Source: Escherichia phage BMA1. From it: a stretch of 45,135 bases of DNA. Positions 35,785 to 45,025 of this stretch are shown piece after piece; position 1 is the stretch's first letter, and each line of letters opens with the position of its first letter. Made by a program: the position numbers and the translations under genes. The DNA is taken from sequence record PQ178821.1. One strand, written 5' to 3'. The notes under the pieces were generated by a model. The model was given only the letters and a program-made list of their open reading frames with translations, searched no databases and was not told where the DNA came from.

Positions 35785-38076
35785 TTATTTCCTGTACCTG
35801 TACATGATGTCGCCTTCGGCGGCAAGCGGGAAGCCTTTCGCCCAAACAGGCAGGTCGCACATCAGCGCGCACAATTCCTCGGTAGTGTAGTCGTCAGTAT
35901 CCGGAACTTCGGTGATCAGTTCATCGTGTACGGACAGTACGATCTCATAGCCCGCAGCTTCAACGCCTGGCATGGACCATGCGAGAATATCGCGACACAG
36001 CGCCTGCACGATGTTTTCCGTCAGTTTGCCGCCGTAGGTATACTGGAAGCCCCACTGGCGCGTCGTCTGATTCTCGCCCTGGTATTTGATGCGGGTGCTG
36101 GTGCGCTTCTTGCCGGTGTCTTCGTCGATCTCGGTCGTGACAGACAGCGCGATGCCTGGGTAGCTCATGATGCGCCCTGACGGCAACTCAATTTTAAGCC
36201 ACCACCCCGCCGCGTTCGGGTCGTCGCGCTCATCGTCGAAGGTCGGGTCATGCTTCGCCTTCGTTCGAACAATTTTGATCGCTTTCCTGCCATCCGGGCG
36301 AACGTTCGCGCCGGCCCAGTACGCTTTGCCCGGATTGCGGATCGCGCAGAGCACCGCGTCCTCCAGTTCGGCCCAAAATGCTACCGTCATCGGGTGAGAC
36401 TCACGCCACATACGTTTGATCGCGTCACACGTCAACCACACGTTTTTTGGCAGTATGTAAGTTGGGCGCTCGTCTTTCTTGCCAGGCTTCGGCGGGCGCT
36501 TGGCTTCGTTAATGCGGGCATACTCATAACCACGTTTCGCCGCGGCCCAAATATGATCGGGGAATGTGCCCTTCATGACGTCCGCCATCGCATACAGGTC
36601 GAGGCCCAGGTTTTTAGCAAACTGCAGGAACGCTGCAACACCGCCACCATAGCCCAACCCCAATTCGCACGCCTTACCAATCTGGCGCAAGTCTTTGCGG
36701 TTGGCTTTGATGTATTCCGGGTCGAGGCCAAACATCTTACCGGCAGTCTCACAATAGATATCACGACCGGCCTTAAACACCATTAGCGCGGTTTTCTCGC
36801 CAGCGATCCAGGCAAGCCCGCGACCTTCCACGTTAGAATAGTCAGCTACAACAAACTTCTTGCCCTTAGCCGGAATAATGCACCCGCGAACGGTCGAGGC
36901 CGTTAACTTCGATATGTCATACGCCCAGTGTGCAGTCCCGCGTAACAGGGAGTTGATGCCGTTGGTGAGCATGTGCGACCGCACCCAATAAGAAACGTCG
37001 CTCTCGCCATCACGGCGCTTAATCTTCCCTTCGTGGTCGTCGCTATACTCGCCGCGTGCCAGGTTTTGCGGCTGGAATCCCTTACCGGCCCAGCGTAGCG
37101 TGCGCTTTGCCCCACCATACTGAAGACAACCACGGCGGCGACCATCGGCAGACAGCCCATTTACGAGCGGATTGTACTTAGTCGATGCCGTTGATGATGC
37201 CCCGAGGCGCATCTCGATAAGCACTTTGCCCTCGTCGGGGAAGTCTGGATCTTCAAGAAGGTCGTTAAGTGTGGATTTCTGCGCGTTGTGGATTGTGAAC
37301 GCAGGCGCGAGGTCGCGCAGCGCTGGTAGGAAGTCATTGCCGGTCAGCTTACCGCCGAAGCGCTCCCAGGCTTCTTCCTTCAATTCTTCCTTATGCGCCT
37401 GCACCGCTTTGATCGCGGCGTTCGCCAGGTCAACGTCCACATAGAAGCCGCGGTCGTTGATCAACTGGTCAATAAGCAGGATTTCGTCTTCCTTCGGCGT
37501 GTTTCCCCAGTCCGGTATGCGCCAATAGACTTCCCTCATAGCGATGATATCCAACGCGGCATAGCGCAGGAATTTAGCCCACTCCTCGGGGTGCGTCTCG
37601 CGCGTGTAGCGGCGGATTTTGTAGGTCTTAGGGGTTGGCTTACAGAATCGTTTGATCAGCGCCTTGCCCGCCTTATCCTTCGCGTGCTCTGCGTCAACGC
37701 CCAACACCTGGCACTGCATATCGAGGCCACCCGGCAGCGCGTGTCGAAAGGCCATAATCATGGTGTCTTCGATCTGGCACACTGGCAGGTCAATGCCCCA
37801 CTTCTCGCGAATGACCAGGCGGTCAAACAGTAGGCCGTTAGCCATCACTATTTTTGCTTTCTTGCGGGATACCCTGCGGAGCGCCTTGCGCAGTTCACGC
37901 GGCATTGTTGGGGACTCGGTGCAATCCCATGTCTGCACGCGGCCCTCGTCGATGGCGTAGGTGCAAATCATAATCTCGGTGGTTGGGTGCTCTGCGTAGG
38001 CATATGCGCCCACTTTCTTCAGATCCACCCCGCTAAATGTCTCGGTATCGAGAAAAAGTCGTTCGAAGTCTTTCAT
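35785..38076 (-). CDS. DNA polymerase, family A, with 3'-5' exonuclease domain (763 aa)
   Basis: LDTET exo motif; DYSNVEGR (motif A), RQIGKACELGLGYGGG (motif B), VHDE (motif C). Confidence 0.9.
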   Translation of the reverse strand: MKDFERLFLDTETFSGVDLKKVGAYAYAEHPTTEIMICTYAIDEGRVQTWDCTESPTMPRELRKALRRVSRKKAKIVMANGLLFDRLVIREKWGIDLPVCQIEDTMIMAFRHALPGGLDMQCQVLGVDAEHAKDKAGKALIKRFCKPTPKTYKIRRYTRETHPEEWAKFLRYAALDIIAMREVYWRIPDWGNTPKEDEILLIDQLINDRGFYVDVDLANAAIKAVQAHKEELKEEAWERFGGKLTGNDFLPALRDLAPAFTIHNAQKSTLNDLLEDPDFPDEGKVLIEMRLGASSTASTKYNPLVNGLSADGRRRGCLQYGGAKRTLRWAGKGFQPQNLARGEYSDDHEGKIKRRDGESDVSYWVRSHMLTNGINSLLRGTAHWAYDISKLTASTVRGCIIPAKGKKFVVADYSNVEGRGLAWIAGEKTALMVFKAGRDIYCETAGKMFGLDPEYIKANRKDLRQIGKACELGLGYGGGVAAFLQFAKNLGLDLYAMADVMKGTFPDHIWAAAKRGYEYARINEAKRPPKPGKKDERPTYILPKNVWLTCDAIKRMWRESHPMTVAFWAELEDAVLCAIRNPGKAYWAGANVRPDGRKAIKIVRTKAKHDPTFDDERDDPNAAGWWLKIELPSGRIMSYPGIALSVTTEIDEDTGKKRTSTRIKYQGENQTTRQWGFQYTYGGKLTENIVQALCRDILAWSMPGVEAAGYEIVLSVHDELITEVPDTDDYTTEELCALMCDLPVWAKGFPLAAEGDIMYRYRK

Positions 38077-38243
38077 TGCTTAATCCTCACTACGGCGTCA
38101 GCGCTGCCGATCGTAGAGAAGATACCGTCGGAAAGGGTTATCTCCTCGCCGTTGTTACGAACCTCGGCAACGGTGAAATACTCGCCCAGCAGTTTAGACC
38201 ATACTCGCATTCCGACTTTTACTTCGCTGGCTTTAATGCGCAT
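38073..38243 (-). CDS. small hypothetical protein (56 aa)
   Basis: Below ORF-track cutoff; ATGA overlap with polymerase start. Confidence 0.3.
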   Translation of the reverse strand: MRIKASEVKVGMRVWSKLLGEYFTVAEVRNNGEEITLSDGIFSTIGSADAVVRIKQ

Positions 38244-38257
38244 TTTTCATTGTCCTA

Positions 38258-38282
38258 TTAAAAAGCCCGCATTAAGCGGGCT
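38258..38282 (-). terminator. hairpin plus T-run on - strand
   Basis: AGCCCGC ttaat GCGGGCT followed by TTTT on - strand, between SSB-like gene and polymerase. Confidence 0.5.
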
Positions 38283-38301
38283 TGAATAGTGGGCTTTGCC
38301 C

Positions 38302-39081
38302 TTAACGGCGGCGACGTTTACGTGGCGCTTCGTCTTCGTCGTCGTCCTCATCTTCGTCATCGCGTGGCTTACGACGTTTGCGAGGTTTTTCATCTTCCTC
38401 ATCGTCGTCATCGCGGCGCTTGGACTTTTTGGACTTACGCGGCTTGTCATCTTCATCGTCATCGTCACGACGTTTTGACTTCTTAGCCTTGCGCGGGCTT
38501 TCATCTTCATCATCGTCGCCCAGGTCTTCGTCGGAACATGAAGACCCGCCACCGCCGAAGGCTTCGCCGTCTTCCCTGAAGCGCAAACCCAGCAAGCCAG
38601 CGCCGAGTCCCTTGCCGTTGGTGTTGTTCCACGCCCAAATATCCAGGGACACGTTGCAATAGCAACCGGAATAGATTTCCTGGCCTTCGATCTCGTCGCC
38701 TTCTACGGTCAGACCTTGTTCCGTCTGCTTCTCGCCCAGTGACGTTTGGATGTTAGGCTGTTTGAACGATTTAGCGTTGATGTACAACATGCCTTCAAAT
38801 TCTTCGGTTACTTCGTCACGCTCGTCACCGTCGCGAACTGCGCATTCCTTAGAATCCTGGGCGTAGTGGCGGTCCATCCACTTATCGGCGTTCTTCTCGG
38901 ATTTCAGCTTGTCGGTGAGCACTGCGCGCGCTGCCGCTTCCACTTTGTCCACCTGCGGGTCTTCTTTATCAAGAAGAATCACGGCACGGTATGCCGGTTT
39001 TTGTCCATCCTGTTTAGGGGTATCACGTTCCCAAATTTTCAGGAAACATACGCGCACATTTTTCAGGTTGACTTTAGCCAT
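38302..39081 (-). CDS. putative ssDNA-binding protein (DUF2815-like) with charged repetitive C-terminus (259 aa)
   Basis: MAKVNLKNVRV N-terminus; C-terminal tandem acidic/basic repeats; GAGGAA RBS. Confidence 0.5.
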   Translation of the reverse strand: MAKVNLKNVRVCFLKIWERDTPKQDGQKPAYRAVILLDKEDPQVDKVEAAARAVLTDKLKSEKNADKWMDRHYAQDSKECAVRDGDERDEVTEEFEGMLYINAKSFKQPNIQTSLGEKQTEQGLTVEGDEIEGQEIYSGCYCNVSLDIWAWNNTNGKGLGAGLLGLRFREDGEAFGGGGSSCSDEDLGDDDEDESPRKAKKSKRRDDDDEDDKPRKSKKSKRRDDDDEEDEKPRKRRKPRDDEDEDDDEDEAPRKRRRR

Positions 39082-39171
39082 TTTCCAATTCCTCATTTTC
39101 ACATGTATCGGGGTTATTGGAAGCCACCCCGTTCGGCTTGGTTGCTAATCTACTTGGTTGCGCTTAAGCGG

Positions 39172-39414
39172 TCAAGCATTTTCATTAAAAAGATTTCTGG
39201 TCACGTAGTTGGTGGCGTTCTCGATCCAGCTTAACGGCGGGCGGTCGATGTTCTTTTTCACCCAATCGACGGCAACTTCGCGATAGCCGTCATCCAGCCA
39301 GCGGGTCGGATGGCGAATCATCCACGCCACCATTAACACGCCTTGCACGCAATGCAGGGTAAATCCCAGCGCACCGAGCAAAAACATCAATAAGATTGCA
39401 AATACTTTATTCAT
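39172..39414 (-). CDS. hypothetical membrane protein (80 aa)
   Basis: N-terminal hydrophobic helix. Confidence 0.4.
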   Translation of the reverse strand: MNKVFAILLMFLLGALGFTLHCVQGVLMVAWMIRHPTRWLDDGYREVAVDWVKKNIDRPPLSWIENATNYVTRNLFNENA

Positions 39415-40837
39415 TGCTTAAGTCCTCGTCAGTAGCTTCCGACCACGCAGGACGCGGGTCGTCGATCGGTGCTAACACCGGTTTTGCGGGTGCGCGTGTG
39501 ATTTTATCACACAGCTTAGCCCACACTTTCGGTTTTTCATCCTTCAGTACCTTCTCGGCATCCGTAGGGCTGAGCAATGTTTCTTTGTACATCACATCAC
39601 GCTTGATCCGGGCCTTCGTGAAGATTTCAATCACTTCGCTCTCGTCCGCCCACTTGCGGATCCCTTCCTTACCGGCAACCATCTTGAGGCCCAGCGATTC
39701 GCCGTCGCCCGCCATTACCGCCTTAAATACCGCGGACTCGATCGCTTTGATGTGCTGGCGCATTGCGTCCAGGCCTTCATAAGCCTTGCGCAATTCCGCA
39801 GCGCTCATAGCACCGGGGGCCGCTTCTTTCCTACCACGCTTCGCACGTCGTGCCGCCTTCCGGGCTTCGCGGGCCATATTGCGGTCATGGTTGGCGCATT
39901 CTTCCTCTGTTGCAATACTCACGTCGTCGCCCAGGTCTTCGTCGGTTGCCGTTGGTGGTGTCATCGTATCGATTGCGGCCTTCGCCCTGGCGCTACACTG
40001 ATCCGCAAATCGACACCACTGGCACGCATCAACGCTGGGGCGGAAGTCGGCACGGGTAAGCCCCTTCTTGCCTCGGGAATACGCCTCCAGTGCGGAAATA
40101 GCGCGCTTGGATGCAAACTTCGCGAATATCTCCAGGGCTTCTACCGTAATATCCCACTCCGACGCCCCGCCGCAATACGGCTGGAAGATAACCAGGCGCA
40201 CGGTCGTAATGTCGTACATAGTTTTCAGCTTGCGCAGCAGGCCGAGCGCATACAGCATGAGTTGTTTGTTTTCTTTCGCCTCGACCTTATGCCGCCCCGT
40301 CTTCAGGTCGCCAACAATCAGCATGTACGTGCCGTCGGTCTTCTTCATGACCATGACCATATCGGCAGTACCGAACGTCTTAACCCGGTTGCCGTCGATC
40401 TCGAATCCTGAATGAAGGACGCGGGTAAGATCGGCGCGCATCTCAAGCTGAACAAACTCCGCCACCTCGAGGAGTGGTCGCCAGTGGTCGATGTACGCGT
40501 CGCACTGTTTCACCATGTCGTCATTGACCAGTACGCCGCCTTTCGGCGCTTTCGGATGTGCCTTCACTGGCCCCTTGCCTTCGTTCTCGACGTAGCACCC
40601 TTTATACGTCTTTGCGGTTATCAGCTTTTCACCGGCGATAATGCGGTTTAGCACCACTTCAGATACGGTGTGCATACTCGTACCGTTAATCGCGGCTTGC
40701 CCGGATTCGTTCGGGATATCTTTTTCCACCACCAGGGCAGCAGGGCAACCCATCCACTTTTTAGCACCGGATGGACCGAGTAATGAATGTTCCGTATTAC
40801 TACCGGATTGTGTTTTGCGCTTCGGTTTAATCGCCAT
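39407..40837 (-). CDS. PD-(D/E)XK nuclease, DUF2800 / Cas4-like with Cys cluster (476 aa)
   Basis: HSLLGPSGAKKWMGCP N-terminus, GDLKTG...EAK nuclease-like motif, C-terminal CQWCRFADQC cluster. Confidence 0.6.
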   Translation of the reverse strand: MAIKPKRKTQSGSNTEHSLLGPSGAKKWMGCPAALVVEKDIPNESGQAAINGTSMHTVSEVVLNRIIAGEKLITAKTYKGCYVENEGKGPVKAHPKAPKGGVLVNDDMVKQCDAYIDHWRPLLEVAEFVQLEMRADLTRVLHSGFEIDGNRVKTFGTADMVMVMKKTDGTYMLIVGDLKTGRHKVEAKENKQLMLYALGLLRKLKTMYDITTVRLVIFQPYCGGASEWDITVEALEIFAKFASKRAISALEAYSRGKKGLTRADFRPSVDACQWCRFADQCSARAKAAIDTMTPPTATDEDLGDDVSIATEEECANHDRNMAREARKAARRAKRGRKEAAPGAMSAAELRKAYEGLDAMRQHIKAIESAVFKAVMAGDGESLGLKMVAGKEGIRKWADESEVIEIFTKARIKRDVMYKETLLSPTDAEKVLKDEKPKVWAKLCDKITRAPAKPVLAPIDDPRPAWSEATDEDLSNE

Positions 40838-41025
40838 TATTCCACCCTTGAAAATTGAGCAATGTAATAATCGTGTTCAACATTGGCCCGCTTCGCGGCT
40901 TCGTTCATGGTCGATGCCAGTTCTCGGGCTTGCGTCCCGCAGCAATTCCAGTTTTGATTCATAACAATTTCTGGTTGCTCGTCGCCGGTGATACGGCAAC
41001 GAAATAAAACAAAGAATATAGCCAT
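40837..41025 (-). CDS. small hypothetical protein (62 aa)
   Basis: GGGAG RBS. Confidence 0.35.
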   Translation of the reverse strand: MAIFFVLFRCRITGDEQPEIVMNQNWNCCGTQARELASTMNEAAKRANVEHDYYIAQFSRVE

Positions 41026-41277
41026 TTATTTTGTCTCCCAGCGGTCGATTGTTTTTNCTTCGGATGCAACAGCGAAGCGAACAAATTCCAGATTGGAATC
41101 CGCCCAAATATAAAAGTCGGGATTAATGAAGGTGGTGCGCTTAATTTGCGCGGGAGTATTGCGGCGTTTATCTATTACGGCAACGCGTGACTGAAAGTTG
41201 CCGATGCGTTCGAATAGCCAATAATAAGGGCGCTGGTCGCGGGAGTCCACCGCCTCGATTAGCGTGAAACGTGCCAT
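41026..41277 (-). CDS. hypothetical protein (83 aa; contains ambiguous base at 41057)
   Basis: ORF in - strand operon. Confidence 0.4.
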   Translation of the reverse strand: MARFTLIEAVDSRDQRPYYWLFERIGNFQSRVAVIDKRRNTPAQIKRTTFINPDFYIWADSNLEFVRFAVASEXKTIDRWETK

Positions 41278-41325
41278 TGTCTCGTCCTCTAAAAAGAGGC
41301 CCGCAGATTAGCGGGCCGGAATATA

Positions 41326-41748
41326 TTAATCTTCCAGTTCGAAATAGGTTTCTACGATTTCTTTTAACTCTGTGTGGAAGTCTTCTACGTCGTCATCTTC
41401 CAGCTTGGCGATTGATTTGATCTCGAACGATTCCAGCAGGTCGTCGAATTCGTCGTTCGCGTCATCATCATCACCGCCTGCAATAATAGCGGCATACTGT
41501 TTTATTTCGTCGCGCATCTCCGCCAGCGGATCGGCATCTTTCGTACCTTTGCCTTTCGCGGGTGCTTTTTTAGTTTTCGCCGGGGCTTCGGCTTCATCGT
41601 CGTCATCTTCGACAACTTCTTTTTTGGCCTTAGACGGCTTCTTGTCTTCCTGCTTACCAACGGCAGCGCCAACGGTTTCATAATGTTTAGCGATGGTTTC
41701 CAGTGCTACTACGCCGCGAGTGATCAGGTTTACGATTTGCTCAAACAT
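41326..41748 (-). CDS. highly acidic small protein (140 aa from ATG 41748)
   Basis: GGAGA RBS; Asp/Glu clusters (DDDDEAEA, GGDDDDANDEFDD, EDDDVED) separated by Lys-rich linker; first gene of - strand operon. Confidence 0.5.
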   Translation of the reverse strand: MFEQIVNLITRGVVALETIAKHYETVGAAVGKQEDKKPSKAKKEVVEDDDDEAEAPAKTKKAPAKGKGTKDADPLAEMRDEIKQYAAIIAGGDDDDANDEFDDLLESFEIKSIAKLEDDDVEDFHTELKEIVETYFELED

Positions 41749-41952
41749 GGTATATCTCCGATTGGTTAAGTTTAGGTGTCGGCAGTTAACTTCGTCGGTG
41801 GCCTTAACATATTGCCCGGTTGCGCGTTCTCCCGTTCGGGTAGTGGACCGGGTTATATAATCACGGTTGGGAATCCTGACACTTCGATCCGGCCCCTGCG
41901 TTGCCCCTCTCCAGTTTGCGTCCTGCATCCTGTCGACGGGGTNGAATAATAG

Positions 41953-41962
41953 ATTGGTTGCA
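41953..41962 (+). promoter_or_regulatory. ATTGGTTGCA motif in divergent promoter region
   Basis: Between divergent operons (41749..42151). Confidence 0.35.
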
Positions 41963-42091
41963 GGATGGGTGTCAACAACTAATTTCAAAAAAAAAGCGCC
42001 GAGGCAAAATGCACCGGCGCTAACCAATAAGAGACAATGAGACGGGAATTATTATTACACGCGTGCGCGCCCGTTTCAATATCCAAAGGAT

Positions 42092-42120
42092 TTGACACCG
42101 TGCAGTTTTGGGTGTAGTTT
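42092..42120 (+). promoter_or_regulatory. sigma70-like promoter candidate (TTGACA-17-TAGTTT)
   Basis: Consensus -35 hexamer, 17-bp spacer, weak -10; 31 nt before the HTH gene start. Confidence 0.35.
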
Positions 42121-42151
42121 CGTTGGTCATTAACCAACTGGGGGCAGAACA

Positions 42152-42481
42152 ATGAATGTAAACGACGCAATCGAAATGTTAACTAAGACTGTTTGCAGTG
42201 AGACTAGCCGGTCCTGGGCGTATACCGATGCCGTGGGTGCGGTGCTATTTGAAATCGAACGTCTGCGACTTACCGAAAAAGAATTGCGCGCGAAGCTGGA
42301 ATTACTCAACGGTACGGCAGCCAGCAAGCTGCAAAAACACAATGAAGAAATGGAAGAATACAAAAAACAGGTTATCCGTCTACGTGAGGAAGGTAAATCC
42401 TGGGCGATGATTGCCGAGTTGACCGGAATTAATCAGAGCACAGTGCGCTCCTGGGTACGCAATAATAAAACTTCTAAGTAA
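42152..42481 (+). CDS. HTH DNA-binding protein (109 aa)
   Basis: C-terminal SWAMIAELTGINQSTVRSWV helix-turn-helix-like segment; first gene of rightward operon. Confidence 0.6.
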   Translation: MNVNDAIEMLTKTVCSETSRSWAYTDAVGAVLFEIERLRLTEKELRAKLELLNGTAASKLQKHNEEMEEYKKQVIRLREEGKSWAMIAELTGINQSTVRSWVRNNKTSK

Positions 42482-42491
42482 GGCCACGGCA

Positions 42492-44756
42492 ATGAGCTTA
42501 ATTAAATTCGCTGTAACAAGACCCGCTAAAAAAGGCGAAAAAGCCAGGGCGGAAAACTTCCAGATGACGACCGATGAATTTTTCGAATTTATCAAAGATG
42601 CGAAAGAGATATCGTCGGTGCATATCAACAAGACGGAAGATAAAGCCGAGTATGCGCGCCGCAAGCGTAAGGCCGATGGCATCGTAGCGTATACCTGTGA
42701 CGGCTTACGCCGCAAGACCAGTGCGGTGGACCGCTCGATCCTGTTCTTCGATATTGACCGTACCGACACCCGCACCCTACGCCGCTGCCGTAAGGCTTTC
42801 ATCGACGCGGGGCTGGAGCACGTATTTCACACCACAACCGGCGACCGCCACCCGCTGAAAGGCGGCACGCGTTGCGCTCGATTCCTGGTACTCACGGACA
42901 AGCCTGTACCGGCTGAAGACCTGGGCCGTGTCCAGTATGCGCTATTACACCAACTTGGTCTGTCAGATGTGGACTTCGACGATTGCACGAAAGACACAAA
43001 CCGCCTGATGTACCTGCCACACCAGCAGTCTGTTATTAAGTGCCACTACGGCAAGCGTGCCCGCGTCCGTCGTCTGCTTCGCCTGGCGGATAAGTTGGGC
43101 GTGGAGAAGGAGGAAGTACGCCGCGAGCTTACCCAGGGCGACGACGCAGTGGCAGACGGCATTCTGGACTGGTGCTTCCAGGCAGGATTCGAGGAGTTAT
43201 CTTCCGGTCGTGGTTATGAAGTGCCGTGCCCTAACGAACATCTGCACAGCGGCGAAGGGTCCACCGCTATCATGGTTAAGGATGGCGAGATCCGTTTCAA
43301 GTGTATGCACACCGGCAACGAGTGTTGCTCGGAACTGAACAGACACCAGCACCTGGCGCTACGTCTTATCGGGATCCCGGACCACCTGAACGTCGAACCG
43401 CACAATATGTCACGTAAGCAAATCGCCGCCATCCTTCCAGGACTGGACGACGAGGAAGTGGAATCGTGCTATGCGCATATCGTTGATGCGGTCGGAGACG
43501 GCGACGAGTACGGCGGATGTACGGACGCAGACCTGGACAACGAGCCGGTTGCCCTGTTCAGTAAGCACGACCCGATCATCGAGGGGTTGATTAACTTTAA
43601 ATCGACCTGGTATATGGCGGGCGAGTCGAACATCGGTAAATCGTTCTACGTGCTGGGGCAAATGGGCGCTGTTGCCGCCGGTATTCCGTTCGGTGGTGCG
43701 AAGGTTGTCCAGTCGCATTGCTTCTATTTCGATGCGGAAGGTGGCGAAGCCTCCAACCAGCGTAAGGAAGCATTGCAGATTAAATATGAGCACGACCTGG
43801 ACAAGCTGCACATTATCGACCTGCAATCACGCGGCTGGGATATCACCAGCAAATCCGGCTTGCGTGAAGTTATCAGCTTCATCAACCGCACCGCTAACGG
43901 CGAACCGGTTGGCCTGGTGGCGTTCGACTCACTCAACCAGACTGTTGCGTTGCGGTCCGCCGATGCTAAACCGTTCGACGAGAACAACGCCAGCGATATG
44001 GGCGAAGTGGTCAAGGCGCTGAAGGCCATTGCGGAAAACACAGGCGGCAGTGCGGGAGTCATCCACCACCCGGCTAAAGGTGCAAACGGCAGCAGAACCC
44101 CCCGCGGATCCGGCGCGCTGCATGGTGCTGTTGATTCTGCTTTCTTCCTGGAGCAACCAGACGACAACCAGCCCGGACAATTGAACCTGTATCATGAGAA
44201 GTCTCGTAACGGCATCAAGCAAGCGCCGCGCGGCTTCGTCCTGCTCAAGTGCAAGGTTAAGGTGGATCTCCGCAAGTCCGAGGCGTTCGAATCACACCAG
44301 TCCACCAGCGCCGGGCCTGACTTCGGCGATGTGGTTGCCGGTTGGGACGTCAAGCCAATTGCCTCCACGCCACGCGACGAGACGCTTTACCTCGTACCGG
44401 TCGCCCTGGCACCGTTCGCCATCGAACAGGCGAAGGCGGCGGGCAAGACCGCAGTTAAGGAAGAGAACGCCGCAGGCCCGCGCAACGAAAAAGAGAAAGT
44501 GCTTTATGCAGCGCTGGAAAAACTGATGGAAGATAACCCGGACCATACCGGATTCAGTAAATCGGCAATTGTCCGCCAGGCGGGATTGGCAAAAGGTGGC
44601 ACATCGACGAAGGCAATAGACGATATGGTCGAGCGCGGCGTGCTTGGGTTTTACACAGACCCACACACCGGGGCCATCTATGGGTCGTCTAATATCGTCA
44701 TCAAAACGAATATACCCATCACGCTTTCGGCGACCGATGACGACCTGAAAGATTAA
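42492..44756 (+). CDS. primase-helicase fusion (754 aa)
   Basis: N-terminal FFDIDRTD primase-type acidic motif; central Walker A GESNIGKS; size similar to phage primase-helicases. Confidence 0.8.
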   Translation: MSLIKFAVTRPAKKGEKARAENFQMTTDEFFEFIKDAKEISSVHINKTEDKAEYARRKRKADGIVAYTCDGLRRKTSAVDRSILFFDIDRTDTRTLRRCRKAFIDAGLEHVFHTTTGDRHPLKGGTRCARFLVLTDKPVPAEDLGRVQYALLHQLGLSDVDFDDCTKDTNRLMYLPHQQSVIKCHYGKRARVRRLLRLADKLGVEKEEVRRELTQGDDAVADGILDWCFQAGFEELSSGRGYEVPCPNEHLHSGEGSTAIMVKDGEIRFKCMHTGNECCSELNRHQHLALRLIGIPDHLNVEPHNMSRKQIAAILPGLDDEEVESCYAHIVDAVGDGDEYGGCTDADLDNEPVALFSKHDPIIEGLINFKSTWYMAGESNIGKSFYVLGQMGAVAAGIPFGGAKVVQSHCFYFDAEGGEASNQRKEALQIKYEHDLDKLHIIDLQSRGWDITSKSGLREVISFINRTANGEPVGLVAFDSLNQTVALRSADAKPFDENNASDMGEVVKALKAIAENTGGSAGVIHHPAKGANGSRTPRGSGALHGAVDSAFFLEQPDDNQPGQLNLYHEKSRNGIKQAPRGFVLLKCKVKVDLRKSEAFESHQSTSAGPDFGDVVAGWDVKPIASTPRDETLYLVPVALAPFAIEQAKAAGKTAVKEENAAGPRNEKEKVLYAALEKLMEDNPDHTGFSKSAIVRQAGLAKGGTSTKAIDDMVERGVLGFYTDPHTGAIYGSSNIVIKTNIPITLSATDDDLKD

Positions 44757-44767
44757 TTTGTGCGCGT

Positions 44768-44812
44768 ATTGGTTGCCATTTTGAGTGTTTTTATCTGGCC
44801 GCATTGGTTGCC
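44768..44812 (+). promoter_or_regulatory. Two direct ATTGGTTGCC motifs 35 bp apart
   Basis: 44768..44777 and 44803..44812, just after the primase-helicase stop. Confidence 0.4.
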
Positions 44813-44850
44813 GTGTAGTGTAAATATAATGAATAGTTATGCAATAAAAC

Positions 44851-45025
44851 TGCATAAACTAAGCGGGACAAAAAGCGGGACAGACAAGGGGCGGGACAAA
44901 GCGGGACAGCACCCCCGTCCCGCCCCGGATGGCGCGGCCTGGCGAGGAGCGGGACAGCGGGACAGCACCCCAGTCTTTCAGACTAGACGGGGGTCAATGG
45001 CCCCCCTCGTCTGAGACTGAATAAA
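44851..45025. repeat. GCGGGACA iteron array with terminal hairpin (copy 2)
   Basis: About 85% identical to 16756..16929 overall; last ~75 bp identical, including the imperfect hairpin. Confidence 0.7.

Noticed and set aside
35401-36180. 259-aa ORF on the + strand
   Set aside because: Antisense to the VRR-NUC and DNA polymerase genes.
44851-45025. Direct terminal repeat of a linear genome
   Set aside because: The matching copy is internal (16.8 kb), not at the window start, and flanking sequences differ.
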